From: the human T2T-CHM13v2.0 reference genome, Homo sapiens
Direction: 5' to 3' (one strand)
Assembly (NCBI RefSeq): GCF_009914755.1
Contig: NC_060937.1
DNA: 64,000 nt
A program made the position numbers and the translations under genes. Positions 14,596 through 31,558 of the stretch are shown here, piece by piece. Below the pieces are notes generated by a model that saw nothing but the letters and a program-made list of their open reading frames with translations, was not told the DNA's origin and did not search any database. Numbering within the stretch: position 1 is the first letter of the stretch; every line of letters begins with the position of its first letter.

Positions 14596-16843
14596 ATTTT
14601 GCAAGAAATAAAACCTACTTGATTGTGGTGGATTAGCTTCTTGATGTACAGCTAGATTTGGTTTGCTAGTATTTTGTTGAATATTTCTGTATCTATGTTC
14701 ATTAGAAATATTGGTCTGAAGTTTTTTTTTCATTGCATCTCTGCCAGGATTTGGTATCAGAATGATGTTGTCCTCATAGAATGAGTTAGGTATGAGTCCC
14801 TCCTCCTCAATTATTTTAGATAGTGTCAGTAGGTGTGGTATCAGCTCTTCTTTATACAGCTGGTAGAATTTGGCAGTGAATCCTTTGAGGTCAACACTTT
14901 TTCTGATTGATAGGCATTGTATTGCCAATTCAGTTTGGAACTTCCTATTAGTCTGTTCAAAGTTTCGTTTTCTTCCTGGTTCAATCTTTGAAGATTGCTT
15001 CCCGGAATTTATGCAGCTTCTCTGGGTTTTTCAGTTTGTGTACATAGAGGTGTTCATAATCATCCCTGAGGGTTGTTGTATTTCTGTGGAGTCACTGGTA
15101 ATGTCCCCTTTGTCTCTTTTGTGATTGTGTTTATTTGAATATTGTCTCTTTTTTTCTTTATAAGTTTAGATAATGGCCTATCAACATTATTTTTTCTTTC
15201 AAATACCCAACATTCAGTTTTGTTGATTTTTTTACATTTTTTTCTCATCTCCATTTTGTTAATTTCCGTTATGATTGTGGCCATTTCTTTTCTTCTACTA
15301 CCTTCGAGGTTGGTTCTTTTTTGTTTTTTAGGTTCCTCTATCTGTGATGTTAGGTTGCAAATTTGAGATCTTTCTAGCTGTTGACATAAGTGTTTAGCAC
15401 AATAAACTTTCCTTTTAACCATGCTTTATCTGTGTTCTAGAGTTTCTAGTGTGTTGTATTTTTGTTTTCATCAGAGTCTAAGAATTTCTTGATTTCTGCC
15501 TTGATTTTATTGTTTACACAAAAGTCATTCAGGTTCAGGTTGTTTAATTTTCACTTAATCCTACAGTTTTGGCAGATCTTCTTGGTATTGATTTGTATTT
15601 TTATTGTGCTGTGGTCTGAGAGTGTGGCTGGTAACATTTTTTTTTATTTGTTGAGAATTGACTTACAGCTGAGCATGTGGTTGATTTTAGAATATGTGTC
15701 ATGTGCAGATGATAAGAATATATATTCTGTTGTTGATGTGTGGAGTGTTCTGTAGATGTCTGTTAGGTGTATTTGGCCAAGTGTCAAGTTTAGGTCCCGA
15801 ATATCTTTGTTAGTTTTCTGCCTCAGTGATATGTCTTACACTGTCAGTGAGGTGTTGAGGTCTGCCACTGTCATCGTGTAGTTATGTAAGTTTCTTTGTA
15901 TATCTCTAAGAGCTTGTTTTGTGAATCTGAGTGATCCAGTGTTAGGTGCATATATATTTAGGATAGTTAAGTCTTCTTGTTTAATTGAATCCTTCATCAT
16001 TACGTAATGCCCTTGTCTGTTTTGATCATCGTTAGTTTAATGTCAGTTTTATCTAAAATAAGAACAGCAACACCTGTTCTTCTTTGTTTTTCATTTGTTT
16101 GGTAGTTCTTTCTCCATCCCTTTACTTTGAACCTATGGGTGTTCTCACATGTGAGATGGGTCTCTTGAAGACAGCATACAGTTGGGTCTTGATTCTTTAT
16201 CCACTTTGCCACTCCATGCCTTTTAAGTGGGTGTTTAGCTTGTTTATCTTCAATATTGACATGTGCACATTCGATCCTCCCAGCATGTTGTTAGCTGGTT
16301 GTTACGTAAACTTGATTGTGTAATTACTTTATAGTGTTGATGGTCTATATACTTGAGTGTGTTTTTCTGGTGCTAGGTAACAGTCCTTCATTTTCATGTT
16401 TAGCACTTTCTTAAGGATCTCTTCTGGTCTCTAAAGACCTGGTGGTAATAAATTCCCCTAGCTTTTGCTTATCTGAAATGGATTTTATTTCTCCCTTGTT
16501 TATGAAGCTTAGTTTGGTGGGACATAAAATTCTTAGTTCATAATTTTATTTTTTCAAAAATGCTGAATATGGATTCTTAATGTCTTCTGACTGTGGGATA
16601 TTGCTGAGAGTTCCCCTGTGAATTTGATGTAGTTTCCACTTTATGTGACCTGCCCCTTGTCGTTAACTGCCTTTAATATTTTTTTCTTTTGCATTGACCT
16701 TCAAGAATCTGATTACTTTGTGTCTCTGCAATGGTTGTCTTACATAGCATCTTACATGGGTTATCTGAATTTTCTAAATTTATATGTCAATCTCTCTAGT
16801 GAAATTGGGGAAATTTTTTATAGAATCCCTTATTTCTCCAAGG

Positions 16844-16849
16844 TTTTTT

Positions 16850-16889
<40 letters not shown>

Positions 16890-17156
16890 AGATGGAGTCT
16901 TGCTCTGTAGCCCAGGCTGGAGTGCAGTGGCATGATCTCGGCTCAATGCAAGCTCCACCTCCCAGGTTCCTACCAATCTCCTGCCTCAGACTCCTGAATA
17001 GCTGGGGCTACAGGCACCTGCCACCATGCCCAGTGAATTTTTTTTTTTTTTGTATTTTTAGTAGAGACAGGGTTTCACCATGTTAGCCAGGATGGTCTCA
17101 GTATCCTCCCAAAGTGCTGGGATTACAGGTACAGGCATGAGCCACCATGCCTGACC
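16844..17156 (-). mobile_element. AluY-like element with an internal left-arm deletion
   Basis: About 45-nt poly(T); AluY states gcaagctcc and gttagccaggatggtctc; about 25 nt missing near 17100. Confidence 0.85.
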
Positions 17157-18900
17157 TTTCATTTTTTAAAATTCTTCTTTTCTTTATTTATTTTCTGGCT
17201 GTGTTAACTTAAATAATCAGTCTTCAATCTCTGAGATTCTTTTCTTGGCTTAGTCCATTCTGCTGTGAATATTTCCAATCATTTTATGAAATTCTTGTAG
17301 TGTATTTTGTAACTCTACCTGCTAGGTTTGGTTTTTGTTTGTTTGTCTTGTTTTGTTTTTTCAAATGGCTAATTTTTTTCTCTTTAATCATTTTACTGGA
17401 TTCCTCAGATTCTTGGAAATAGTGTTCAACTTTCTATTGAATTTCAATGATCTTCATTTTCTTCTACCTCTCAGTTCTATATCTGTCATTTCAGCCATTT
17501 CCTTCTATTTAACAACCATTGCTGTAGAACTAGTGCAGTCATTTGGAGGTAAAGTGACAGTCTGACTTTTTGAGTTGCTAGAGTTCTTATGTTGGCTTTT
17601 TTCTCACCTGTGTGGGCTGGTGTTTCTTTAACTGTGGTATAATTTGAGCATAGTCAGTTGACTTTGTTTCTGGATGTTTTCAAAGCACCTTTTTGCACGA
17701 TCTTTATTAGTAGCTGAATTATTGTCCTGGGTTTCACAGAGGCTTATATTAGCAAAGTAATTTTAGTGTTGAAGTTTCTGCTGCAAGCTGGCTGATGACA
17801 CTTAGGTATAATGGCTGATAGGTAGGCTCTTGTTCAGCCTACCTACCTATAATGGCTGATAGGTAGGCTCTTGTTCATACACAAATGTGTATTTTCTCAC
17901 ATTTGCAGCCATGCTCCGTGTCAGTATTCTGTGTGTGTAGGCTTCCCTCCTACTGAAATGCTGGCTGCATAGCTTGGCTTGTCACTGCAGTGCTGCACAT
18001 CACAGCCCTGTGGTGAGCTCAAGGTTTTTGTTTCCTCACAAGCTTGGGGACAAAAGAGGTGAGGACCTTGGCAGTGGTAATGTCTGGAGGTCTATCACTT
18101 GTCTTTTGCAGCTCCACCATACAGAAATGCTGAGATGCTGCCAAATGGAGTGGTCAACCTTTGATGGGGCCTGTGCATTTTGGAACCAATCTGGGGGACA
18201 CTACTGGTGATGAGCAGAGGGTGTCAGGGCTTGTGAGAAGATAGATTCATCTCTTCTCTGTAGGGTAGCTGCAGTGTGCTGGAGGTGTGAGTAAAGCACT
18301 TGGGGTCTTGTTCCCTCCCCAGTTGGAGGGCAGCAAGGGCAGTACTGCTGAATAGCGGTTGCAGAGAAACTTTCAGTTGCTTCTGGGATCTCCACCCCAG
18401 AGAAATGCAGAACCACTGCCACTGGGCATTTTCAGCCTGGAGTGGGGCTGCTGCACTATGAGCCTTTGCTGGGGCCCCTGCCTGGTGAAGAGCAGGGGAT
18501 CAGGGGCTCACAGAGAATAGAGATTGGGCTCCATGCCATATGGTGATCATATGGTAATCATAGTGTGCTGGAAGCATGAGTAAAGCATTCAGGCTCTTTT
18601 ATTTCTTTCCCAGTCTAAGACAGCAAGGGCAGGTACCACTGCATTGGCAGTGGCAGTTGGCTGTCATTTGCCTCTGGGAGCTCCATCACAGGATAACACA
18701 GAGCCACTGGCAATAGAAATGTTCAGCTTGGGTGAGGTAGCTACTCTGCAGGCCCAAGCAAGGAGTTCTGCTTAGTGAAGGATAGGAGTTGGGAGCTCAC
18801 AAGGAAGAGAGACTGGGCTCTACGCTATATGGCAGCTGTGTCATGATGAAGGTGCTAGTGAAGCAACCAGGATTTTGTTCTTTCCCCAGCCCAAGGGGAG

Positions 18901-21203
18901 TTTCTTAGTGCTTTTTTACACTGCTGATAAAGACATACCTGACACTGGACAATTTACAAAAGAAAGAGGTTTAATCAATTTGTAGTTCTACATGGCTGGG
19001 GAGGCCTCAAACTCATGGCAGAAGTCAAGAAGAGGAGCAAGTCACATCTTACATGGATGACTGCAGCCAAATAGAGACCTCGTTTGGGGAAACTCCCATT
19101 TTTAAAGCCATCAGATTTCATGAGACCCATTCACTATCATGAGAACAGCATGGGGAAGACTCACTCTCATGATTCAATCATTTCCCACTGGGTCCCTCCC
19201 ACAACATGTAGAAATTATGGGAACTACAAGATGAGACTTGGGTGGGGACACAGAGTCAAACCATATTATTATACCCCTGGCCCCTCCCAAATCTCATATC
19301 TTCACATTTCAAAACCAATCATGCCTTCCCAACAGTCCCAAAAAGCCTTAACTAATTTCAGCATTAACTCAAAAGTCCACAGTCCAAAGTCTCATCTGAG
19401 ACAAGTCCCTTCCACTTATGAGCCTGTAAAATCAAAAGTAAGTTAGTTACTTCCTAGATACAATGGGGGTACAGGCATTGGGTAAATACAGCCATTCCAA
19501 ATGGGAGAAATTGGCCAAAACAACAGGGCTACATGCCCCATGCAAGTGTGAAATCCAGAGGGACAGTCAAATTTTAAAGCTCCAAAATGATCTCCCAGTA
19601 ACTCTATGTCTCACATCCAGGTCATGCTAATGCAAGAGGTGGGTTCCCAAGGTCTTGGGTAGCTCCACCCCCGTGGCTGTGTAGGGTACAGCCTCCCTCA
19701 TGGCTGCTTTCACAGGGTGACATTGAGTGTCTTAGTCTTCTCTAGGTTCACGGTGCAAGCTGTCAGTGGATTTACCATTCTGGGGTCTGGAGAACGGTGG
19801 CCCTCTTCTCACAGCCGCATTAGGCAGTGCCCCAGTAGGGACTCTCTGTGGGGGCTCCAACCCCACATTTCCCTTCCACTCTGCCCTAAACAGTGGTTCT
19901 TTATGAGGGCCTCACCCTTGCAGTGAACTTATTCCTGGACATCCAGGCATTTCCATACATCTGAAATCTAGGCAGAGATCCCCAAACCCCCATTTTTGAC
20001 TTCTGTGCACTCACAGGCTCAACATCAAGTGGAAGCTGCCAAGCCTTGGGGCTTGTACCCTCTGAAGCCACAGCCTAAAGTCTACATTGGCCCCTTTCAG
20101 CCATGGCTGGAGCAGCTGGGACACAGGGTGCCAAGTCCCTAGGCTGCTCACAGCATGATGACCTTGGGCCTGGCCCACAAAACCACTTTTTTTTCTCCTA
20201 GGTCACCAGGCCTGTGATGGAAGGGGCTGCCATGAAGACCTCTGGCATGCCTTAGAGACATTTTCCCTATTGTCTTGGGGATTAACATTCATCTCCTCAT
20301 TTCTTATACAAATTTCTGCAGCTGACTTAAATTTCTCCTCAGAAAATGGGATTTTCTTTTCTATCAGATTGTCAAGCCACAAACTTTTTGAACTTTTATG
20401 CTCTACTTCCTTTATAAAACTGAGTGACTTTAACAGTACCCAGGTCACATCTTGAATGCTTTGCTGCTTAGAAATTTCTTCCATGAGATACCCTAAATCA
20501 TCTTTCTCAAGTTCAAAGTTCCACAAATCTCTAGGCCTGGAGCACAATGCCACCAGTCTCTTTGCTAAAACATAACAAAAGTCACCTTTGTTCTAGTCGC
20601 CAAGATCCTCATCTCCATTGGAGACCACCTCATCCTGGATTTCATTGTCCGTATCATTAACATCATTTTAGGCAAAGCCATTCAACAAGTCTCTAGGTGG
20701 TTCTAAACGTTGCCACATTTTCCTATCTCCTTCTGAGTGTTCCAAGCTGTTTCAACCTCTGCCTGTTACCCAGTTCTAAAGTTGCTTCCACATTTTCAGG
20801 CACTTTTCAGTAGAGCCCACTCTACTGGTACCAATTTACTGTATTATTCCATTTTCATGCTGCTGATAGACAGACCTGAGACTGGGCAATTTACAAAAGA
20901 AGGAGGTTTAATCAACTTACAGTTCCACGTGGCTGGGAAGGCCTCACAATCATGGTGAAAGGTAAGTAGGAGCAAGTCACATCTTACATGGATGGCAGCA
21001 GGCTAAGAGAGAGCTTGTGTCAGGAAACTCCTGTTTTTAAAATCATTAGATCTCATGAGACCCATCCACTATGATGAGAACAGCATGGGAAATACCCATC
21101 CCCATTATTCAGTCATTTCCCACCAGGTACCTCCCACAAAACATAGGAATTGTGGGATCTACAGGATGAGATTTGAATGGGGACACAGAGCCAAACCATA
21201 TCA
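18901..21203 (-). mobile_element. Complete THE1C-like MaLR (LTR-internal-LTR)
   Basis: LTRs at 18901-19268 and 20840-21203; 5-bp flanks gggag/ggcag (TSD with one mismatch); 2303 bp. Confidence 0.92.
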
Positions 21204-22467
21204 GGCAGCAAGGGTGGTACCACTGTATGTAATGGCAGAGGGGCTGTGGGTTGTTGCTGGGAATTCTATCTCAGAGAAATGCACAGGTGCCACTGTCTGA
21301 AGTGTTCAAGTGGGAGCAGGGTAGCTGTGCTGGGGCCCAGGTCGGGAGGCCCTACCCAGTGAGAAGTAGCAGGAGCAAAGACAGGCATGGAAAAAAGTCT
21401 GACAACACCTCCATAAGGCAGCTGTGCTGAGCTGAAGACCTGCTGTAGTCCTTAAGCCTCTTTGCTATCTCTTGATCTGAGGGCATTATGGGCAGGGGCT
21501 ATAGCAGGCAAAAATGGCAGGCCTGTCTTATACCTATGAGAGCTCTGTCCCAGGGAAATGCAATGCTGCTTCTGGCCCAAGTTGTCAGGCTGAGGTAGGT
21601 GGCTGTGCTGGAGGCTCAAGCCAGGAGGCCCTGACCAGTGAGGAGTAGAAGGGGCCATGACTAACATTGAAAACTATATGACTGCTTTTCCAGAAGGCAG
21701 CTTGCCCTGTGCTGGAGGCCCACAACAGTCATAACACTCTTCACTCCCTCCTGACCCTGAAGGCAGTTGGGTAGTGGCTGGAGCTGCTATAGCAGCAAAA
21801 ACAGCAGATATGTATGTCTATTGCATCTGAGAACTTCATCCCAGAGAAATGCAGAGCTGCTGCCAGTCGAAGAGGTCAAGTGGGTGTTTCATGGCTGTTC
21901 TGGAGTTCTAGGTCAGTGGGCTTTGCCTGGAGAGGTTTACCAGAGGCAAGGCATGAAGTCCCTCTGCTCCTCAGAACCATGAATGTAGCCACTAACCTCT
22001 CGCATTCAGAGAACTTGGCCTTCTTGTTGGTGAAGCTATGGCAACTAGCACTGGGGTGCTTAGGGGTCTAAGACCCCTGGGACTTCTCATGTGCCTGATC
22101 TGGAGCTCTGCCCAGATTCTATGCAGCTCTCCTTGTTAGTCTGAAGGCCCCAGGGGGATCACTCAGGGTGGATCACCTGTGCCTATGATTACAAAGGTCC
22201 ATGACAGAAGTGTGGGGCCATGGGACTCTCTCTCAGTCACTATTTCTTTGTGGTAAGGATCCTCCCCTGACTCCACCCAATCCTGGGTGGGTGGCTGTTG
22301 TGTCTTGCTGTTTTTTTCTCCATGGCTTCCGTTGCTTCCTTGCTGAATCCCAACATGTCCTCTTGGAAGATCCAGTTGAAGTGCTAGTGTTTACTGGCCA
22401 GTCTATTTCGTTTTCACAAGAGTGGAGCATACTAGCTGCTTCTAGTAAGTCATCTTGGCACTTGATC

Positions 22468-22625
22468 ACAAAAGACATTTATTTTTCACAGTTCTGCAGG
22501 CTGGCAAGTCTAAGTTAAAAGTGCCAGGAGATTCAATTCTTGGTAAGGGTTCTTCCTGGCTTGCAGACAGCTGCCTTCTCGTTGTATTTTCACTAGGAAG
22601 AAAAAAGAAGGTCTAGTGTCTCTTA
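22468..22625 (-). mobile_element. MLT1 LTR fragment
   Basis: acatttatttttcacagttctgcaggctggcaagtctaag...ttcctggcttgcagacagctgccttctc. Confidence 0.7.
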
Positions 22626-22749
22626 ATTGGATAAATTTTTAAAACCAAAATTATTGAAGGTGATTCTAATACACCTTTCTCAGTAATTCATATACATATA
22701 CCGGATGCATTATTAAGATTATTAGTGTATTTAAAAATATACAATTTCT

Positions 22750-23070
22750 GGCTGGGCGCAGTGGCTCATGCTTATAATCCTAGCAGTTTGGGAGGCCAAG
22801 GCAGGCGGATCATGAGGTCAGGAGATGAAGACCATCCTGGCTAACACAGTGAAATCCCGTCTCTGCTAAAAATACAAAAAAAAAAAAAAAAATAGCTGGA
22901 TGTGGTGGCAGGCACCTATAGTCCCAGCAACTAGGGAGGCTGAGGCAGGAGAATGGTGTGAACCCAGGAGGTGGAGTTTTCAGTGAGCCAAAATCGTGCC
23001 ACTGCACTCCAGACAGGGTGACAGAGAGAGATTCCCTCTCAAAAAAATAAAATAAAATAAATAATTATAT
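22750..23070 (+). mobile_element. AluY-like element
   Basis: Full length; perfect 17-bp TSD aaaaatatacaatttct (22733-22749 and 23071-23087) at a TT|AAAA site. Confidence 0.95.
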
Positions 23071-23659
23071 AAAAATATACAATTTCTGCCCTTATTTATC
23101 TATATAATTTAGTATAATTATTTTATGATTGCTTATTATTCATTTTAGTAGCCACTTTGAAAATAATTAATGTTTGTATAAAAATAAACATTAATTTAAT
23201 AAACTAACAGAATAGCATATAAATTTCCACTAACATCCTATCAAAATTTATATAATTATAGTATTTTATAAGTCATTTTAGTGCTATATAAAGTTAAGAA
23301 AAATGGCCAAAAGTCTAAAAAAATTAAAAAAAATAAAATAGGAATAGAAAAAGGAAGAAAATTTATTTTTTAAGTTAAAAAATCTTTTTTTAAATGTAGA
23401 GAAATACATGTTTTTAAGAGAAAACATACCTTTAATCACAAGAAAAAATGCCTTTAAAAATAAAAATATTATATAACATAATAATATAAAAGTTTCTTTT
23501 TGAAGTTTGAAGTTGTTATAGTTTTAAAATTGTATGTATTTGGCATTTCTTTTATTTTGCTTTATGTTAACATTCAAATTTCATCTTCGAATTTTAATTA
23601 TCCTTAAACATTTCTAGGTGCCTGTTAGTTGAATTCTAGACAAAATTTATCTTTACAAC

Positions 23660-23801
23660 TTTTTTTATTATACTCTAAGTTCTAGGGCACATGTGCACAA
23701 CGTGCAGGTTTGTTACATATGTATACATGTGTTGTGTTGGTTTGCGCACCCATTAACTCGTCATTTACATTAGGTATTTCTCTTAATGCTATCCCTCCCT
23801 C
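23660..23801 (-). mobile_element. Short 5'-truncated L1PA 3' end
   Basis: ttattatactctaagttctagggcacatgtgcacaacgtgcaggtttgttac. Confidence 0.9.
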
Positions 23802-25483
23802 ATCTTTTTATCTGCTATACAAATATATTTTTATGCAATATCAGTGTCATTAATATAGTTAATGATATAGTTAGCATAGTTAATTACAAAATGCAGTAAT
23901 TTTATTGTTAAATATTATAATTTTAAATTATTATTGATGGTTTTTACAATATGTATCATATTAGTAATACACCTTAACACACCAAAAGTATGTCAGCCCA
24001 TAATGATGTTATTTCACTCGTTTATTTTAGTTTCATGTTTGAAATTTTTATGTTCAGCTAATAGAAAAAAAATAACAAGACAGAGAAATACAAATATAGC
24101 AAATATCGTCCAAGCAATAATCCCCGACTGAACAATGCCAAGATATACATTGTTTGATTTCTTCTTTCATTTAGATATTTGCATGAATTTTAAAGCTTTT
24201 GTATATTTTTTATTTTATTAAAAATAATTTTCTGTCTTGCTTAACATGTTACTTATTTAAAAACATAAAATATTTAATCTACTTCATATCATCCAAATAT
24301 ATGAATTAGCTCATTTTCTCTTCTCTATATATGATCTTGTGTCTTTATTCAGACAAAATAGTTCTGTCATTTAAATGCTTCCTTATCTTTAGCATAGTGT
24401 GATTTTTCTTTTTAAAATTATTATAGTTCAATAATATATCAAGCTAGTGGGAGAAAAGCAAAGGTGAATTAAACTATGTTTCAGTAAAATGTAAAAAAAA
24501 AATCTGATTTTAAGTAATTACTAACTATGTACAGTCACAAACTCATGAACCAACAGTATAGAAGAAATAATTGGTGCGATTTGGGCAAACTAGAAAAAAC
24601 CAAGAAAAATGAAAAGATCTTTTTATATGATCATTCTTAATTAGAGCCACTGACAGTGAATGTAAGAATGTTTAATGAATGTGACCTATAAAGCTTTGCT
24701 AGATTCTGACTGACTCAGAGGTTATATATTACTTCTCACACTTCTTTATTAAAATTATTTTATTTTTAACTTAAGCATCTTTTTTATAACTAAAGTGACA
24801 GTTATACATGAACAAGTATAATAGTTTGTCTAAAATATTTTGTACCAAAACAGGAAGACTGAAGTGTGAATAATCTCAGTAAAAAAGTATAAAATATATT
24901 TTAGACATGCAGTCATTCATTGAAATGTACACATGAAGTAAATCAAGTGACCTCATTATTGAATAAATTGACTGAGAAATATATGAGGTTGAATTAATTT
25001 CTTCTTCCACAGAATTTTTTTATTTATTTCATTTTTGTTCAATGTTTCTTGATATAAAGTAGATTATTTTCTATTATTTTCAGATGTCTCAGAAATCTTT
25101 CCAGTTCTTTCCTATGGTCTTCAATATGTTTTAAAAAATTAATGCAAAATGTGGACCATTTAAAAACTAGATTTTCTCAAAGATTCAGTGTTGAAGGTAG
25201 TGTCCCTGGAGATTATTTGTTAAAGAATGTTTAAAACTAACTAGCACATGCCTAGTCTTTGACATGATTTGTTTTGTAAGATCCTTGTCATCATGATATG
25301 TATTCAGGAAAAGGAGTATTCTCAGATTACAGATAAAGAAGCTAATTCAGACATGTATTGAGTATGTAACTTGATGTGAGCCATAAATAAAAATGTGCCA
25401 AATATATTAGTTAATTGTATAAATCGAAAGCATTCTATAATAGTATATTATCTCTGGCTGGTGAATCTAGCAAACACAACATA

Positions 25484-25699
25484 TAGTTATCTCTCCATAT
25501 AGGTGGGGATCAATTCCAGGGGCACCTTCATGTACCAAAATCCACATATACTCAAGTTTCCCAGTTGGCCCTGTGGAACCTGTTTATAGGAAAAGGCAAC
25601 CCTACAGAAAACACCACATTTTTTATTGAGTTTGGTTGAAAAAAAAATGTGCATATAAGTGGACCTGTGTAGTGTACACATGTGTTCAAGGGTCAACTG
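25484..25699. mobile_element. MER8 (TcMar-Tigger MITE)
   Basis: Ends gttcaagggtcaactg|ta, TA flanks on both sides, internal gcatataagtggacc. Confidence 0.8.
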
Positions 25700-26372
25700 T
25701 AGCTGAAAGCAAACCACATTTAGTTTGTACATATATTTGAGAGAGAATATTTGTGAAGTGTTTTATTTTTAAAAAAAAAAAGCTCACTAAAGAACTAAAA
25801 GAACCAAAAGCAAACCAAAATATAAAAAATAAACATTTTTCTAGCTCTGCAATTTAAGACATTTACTTTAAATTATTCAAATGTACCTAAATAGGAATCT
25901 AATTTAATTTCAAGTTTATGCTATTTTTGAAGTAAGAAACATGCTGTGTCATTTATGAAACTAGAAATATATGATTGAAAAAGAGTCTACATAGTGAGAG
26001 AACTTGACCATAATCTTTGAAAGTAAAATCAAACGAAAGCTTATGTAAAAAGTGTGATCATTAGGCTTTAATTTTTAAATATGATAATAAAATGAGATAT
26101 TGAATATTGCTAAAATTTTTAAATATGTTATGGTAACAGCATACATGGAATATTATACATTTATTCAAATTATGTTTTAAAAATAATGACATAAACATAT
26201 TTCTTATACATTATGATTGAAATGCTGAGGTTTTATTTAATACATAACCAATAAAGCTAAGAAACCCTTAAAAATCAAGATGTACTCCTTAAATAAAATA
26301 TTGAGTGAGTACTTATAAGGCAATAAGTTTTGTAAAATATGCTAAAAATTTTTAAAAATTCTCTACATATTC

Positions 26373-29030
<2,658 letters not shown>

Positions 29031-29939
29031 TAAGGTACACCAGTACATCACCATGATAGACCCAAACTTTATACCAGGCACTACCGAAAGAGTAAAATTA
29101 GCACAACAGTTAGCATAGACAACATGACAACTTTTGTATGGCCATAGTATAGTTTCAGATATTGTTCACATTCTCTGCAACAAAGGAAGTTAAGATACAT
29201 TACAGAAAGGAGAATATGAAAGCAGTATTAGTAAAAGGGAATATCCCAACAATAGGAAAGCACCCCATTTGGATATTTACAAAAATTCTAAAAATTATCT
29301 TGTGAAAATGTGAAATCCATATTTTAAAGGTCTTTGAAACAGAGAAAAATAGACTAAAATTTTATTAATTAAAGTAAATGTTAACTCCAATAAATGAGGA
29401 GAATTAGAATGCATTAATGTGTTTTAAAATTATAAAACTAAAGTAATTTGGAAAAAAATGCGTATCGATAATACTCATTTAAGAAAATATGGTCACGATT
29501 TAGTCAAATCTCATCTTTTGTCCCTTGTTTTTGTTTTTAAAAGTTGTAATAATAATTGACATTTACTCAACATTTTCATATATTGAGTAAAACCATATAC
29601 CAAACGAAAATTGCATCCTTTATATAAGTAGAGAAATTAGGCTTAAATAAATAACAAGTGAGAGGCCATGGTGCCAACCTAGTTTGTCATTTTTCTTTTG
29701 AAAATCCTAAGTTATTTGTTGTCAAAATTATCAATATTTTATATTTTGTTGCTCTTGAAAATAAAGCATTTCTAATTAAAGATCTTAGGGCTTCACATAT
29801 CCTTCAGATAGCTGGTAAAATGCTGCTTTTTGCTAGAAGCCTTCTCCGCCCTTTCTATATAACAGCAACCTCTCTTCTCAGTTTCTTGTCATCTCCAGTA
29901 CACCTTCTGGCTGCTTTTCTAATTTTATTTTTCCCAAGC

Positions 29940-30082
29940 ACAACTTAGCACTTTACTGGAAGTCATCTGTTTTCTGCTTCACAAAGCAAGGACTTGTCTC
30001 CGTTGTGCCCAGCTCTAGCCTCAGGGCCTAGAAAAGTACTCAGCGTGTAATGTGCACCAAATACATATATATTGGATTAATA
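29940..30082 (+). mobile_element. L2 3' end fragment
   Basis: gcaaggacttgtct...gggcctagaaaagtactcagcgtgtaatgtgcaccaaatacatat resembles the L2 terminus. Confidence 0.55.
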
Positions 30083-31538
30083 TTTAAATGCGTATATACT
30101 TCGCTGTGAATAAATAGCATCAATATTTGTCTTTTAAATGTTAAAAATATAAAGTGTATAGCCTTCAAAAGTACACTGTACATAAACAATTTGAAGGTGA
30201 TGAAGAGGACCCTGAAACAGGAATGGATTCCTAATTCCTAGCAGGGATTTAATGGCCATCACGGAGCAGCCAGATGTTATAAGATAAGGATATAAGATGT
30301 GAGAGGCATGGCAGGTAGGAATAGGGCTAACATATATTTTACTTAAAATTTTTGAATTAGCTATATTGAAAAAAGTTTAACACATGTTACCACAGCAAAC
30401 ACTCTAAAAACTCTACTAAGAATTTTGGCTTAGACCAAGGCCAACGTTGCTCTGGACATAAAATGGCCTTTTACACATGATGATGATCTTTTTAAAACCA
30501 AGTAAGTTAAGTACATTATTTAAAAGATTTTCATCCTGTTTTACCTGTTATTTCACTACTAAAGGATTTTTCTACTCTGAGTTTACTTTATCATTCTTTT
30601 TTCAGAATTTTATCTGTGCTTATTTTAAATAAACATGAAAATTACTACCATTTAAGATAAATGTCCTTTTATCTTTCAATTATTTTTCCAGAGCAGTGCT
30701 TTAAGTATTCATATAATTATGAGAGTTTCTAAAATTTTACATATTTTATAACAGTTCATTCTGTATGAGTTTTCTTTTAATTTTTATAAGAAATACCTTG
30801 AGAGCAGTGATACATAATATATTATGCAAAACCTGAAAAAAATAGTGATTTCCAGCATCAAAGGTCATTTATTCTTCTGAGAGCCTAGTGACCTTTAAGT
30901 TAATTTCCTATTTTATGTATTTTTATAAATTACTTAGTATGTGGGTTATGTGTACAGAAAGCACACCACGTAACTTTAAATTGTTCTCAAATCATTTTGT
31001 AAGTCATCAGATAAGTAGCTACTTAAGTAATCTATATATTTGTAATAAATATTTGTGTAGAAATAATAGAATGAGGAAGTCCTTTTTCATAACTTTGAAT
31101 AAAACACTATTTCTCCAGTTAAACTGGAGGGCAAATAAACCTTTTAAAAATATAACAGAAAGGTTTGATAAGAGCACAAAGTGTGTATTAAGTAAATGTT
31201 ACAAAGGATAAATGGAAGTGAAGTACCTGGATTATCCTTACTGAGAATTCAACACCTATAAGTGAATTATAAGTGCAATCACAACTATCACAAACTTTGC
31301 TCCATCTCATTTTGGAATTGTAACAGCCTCAAGGGCATAATAACTTTCAAAAGACAGTCACTGAGTGCCAACTATATGCCAGCCCATAGGCTAGGTATGG
31401 ACTGCTATGTTTTTTTCTTACTAATTAGAATCACTTAACTGCTTGAAAATGTGCATTGGTGGTAAACCTATTATCAGCCCTTACTCTATCTTTAAAATTT
31501 TAAGTTAAATTTTTGATTTAATGTAGAATCATTTTATA

Positions 31539-31558
31539 CACACACACACACACACACA
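31539..31558. repeat. (CA)10 microsatellite
   Basis: Read directly from the sequence. Confidence 0.9.

Larger units (their letters stand above)
14600..22465 (-). mobile_element. Large L1 (L1PB/L1PA16-type) from its 5' end to the ORF2 RT region, interrupted by an Alu and a THE1
   Basis: ORF2 remnants: WIKNQDPTVCCLQETHLT (endonuclease, 16000-16212) and [16 protein letters not shown] (RT, 14545-14928). ORF1 at about 16330-17600. The 5' terminus reads gccaagatgacttactagaagcagctag on the minus strand. Confidence 0.85.

Noticed and set aside
30190-30320. Possible lncRNA exon ending at gcag|gtagga
   Set aside because: Only a weak donor-like motif in a locally GC-richer patch; no clear acceptor, ORF or homology is visible.
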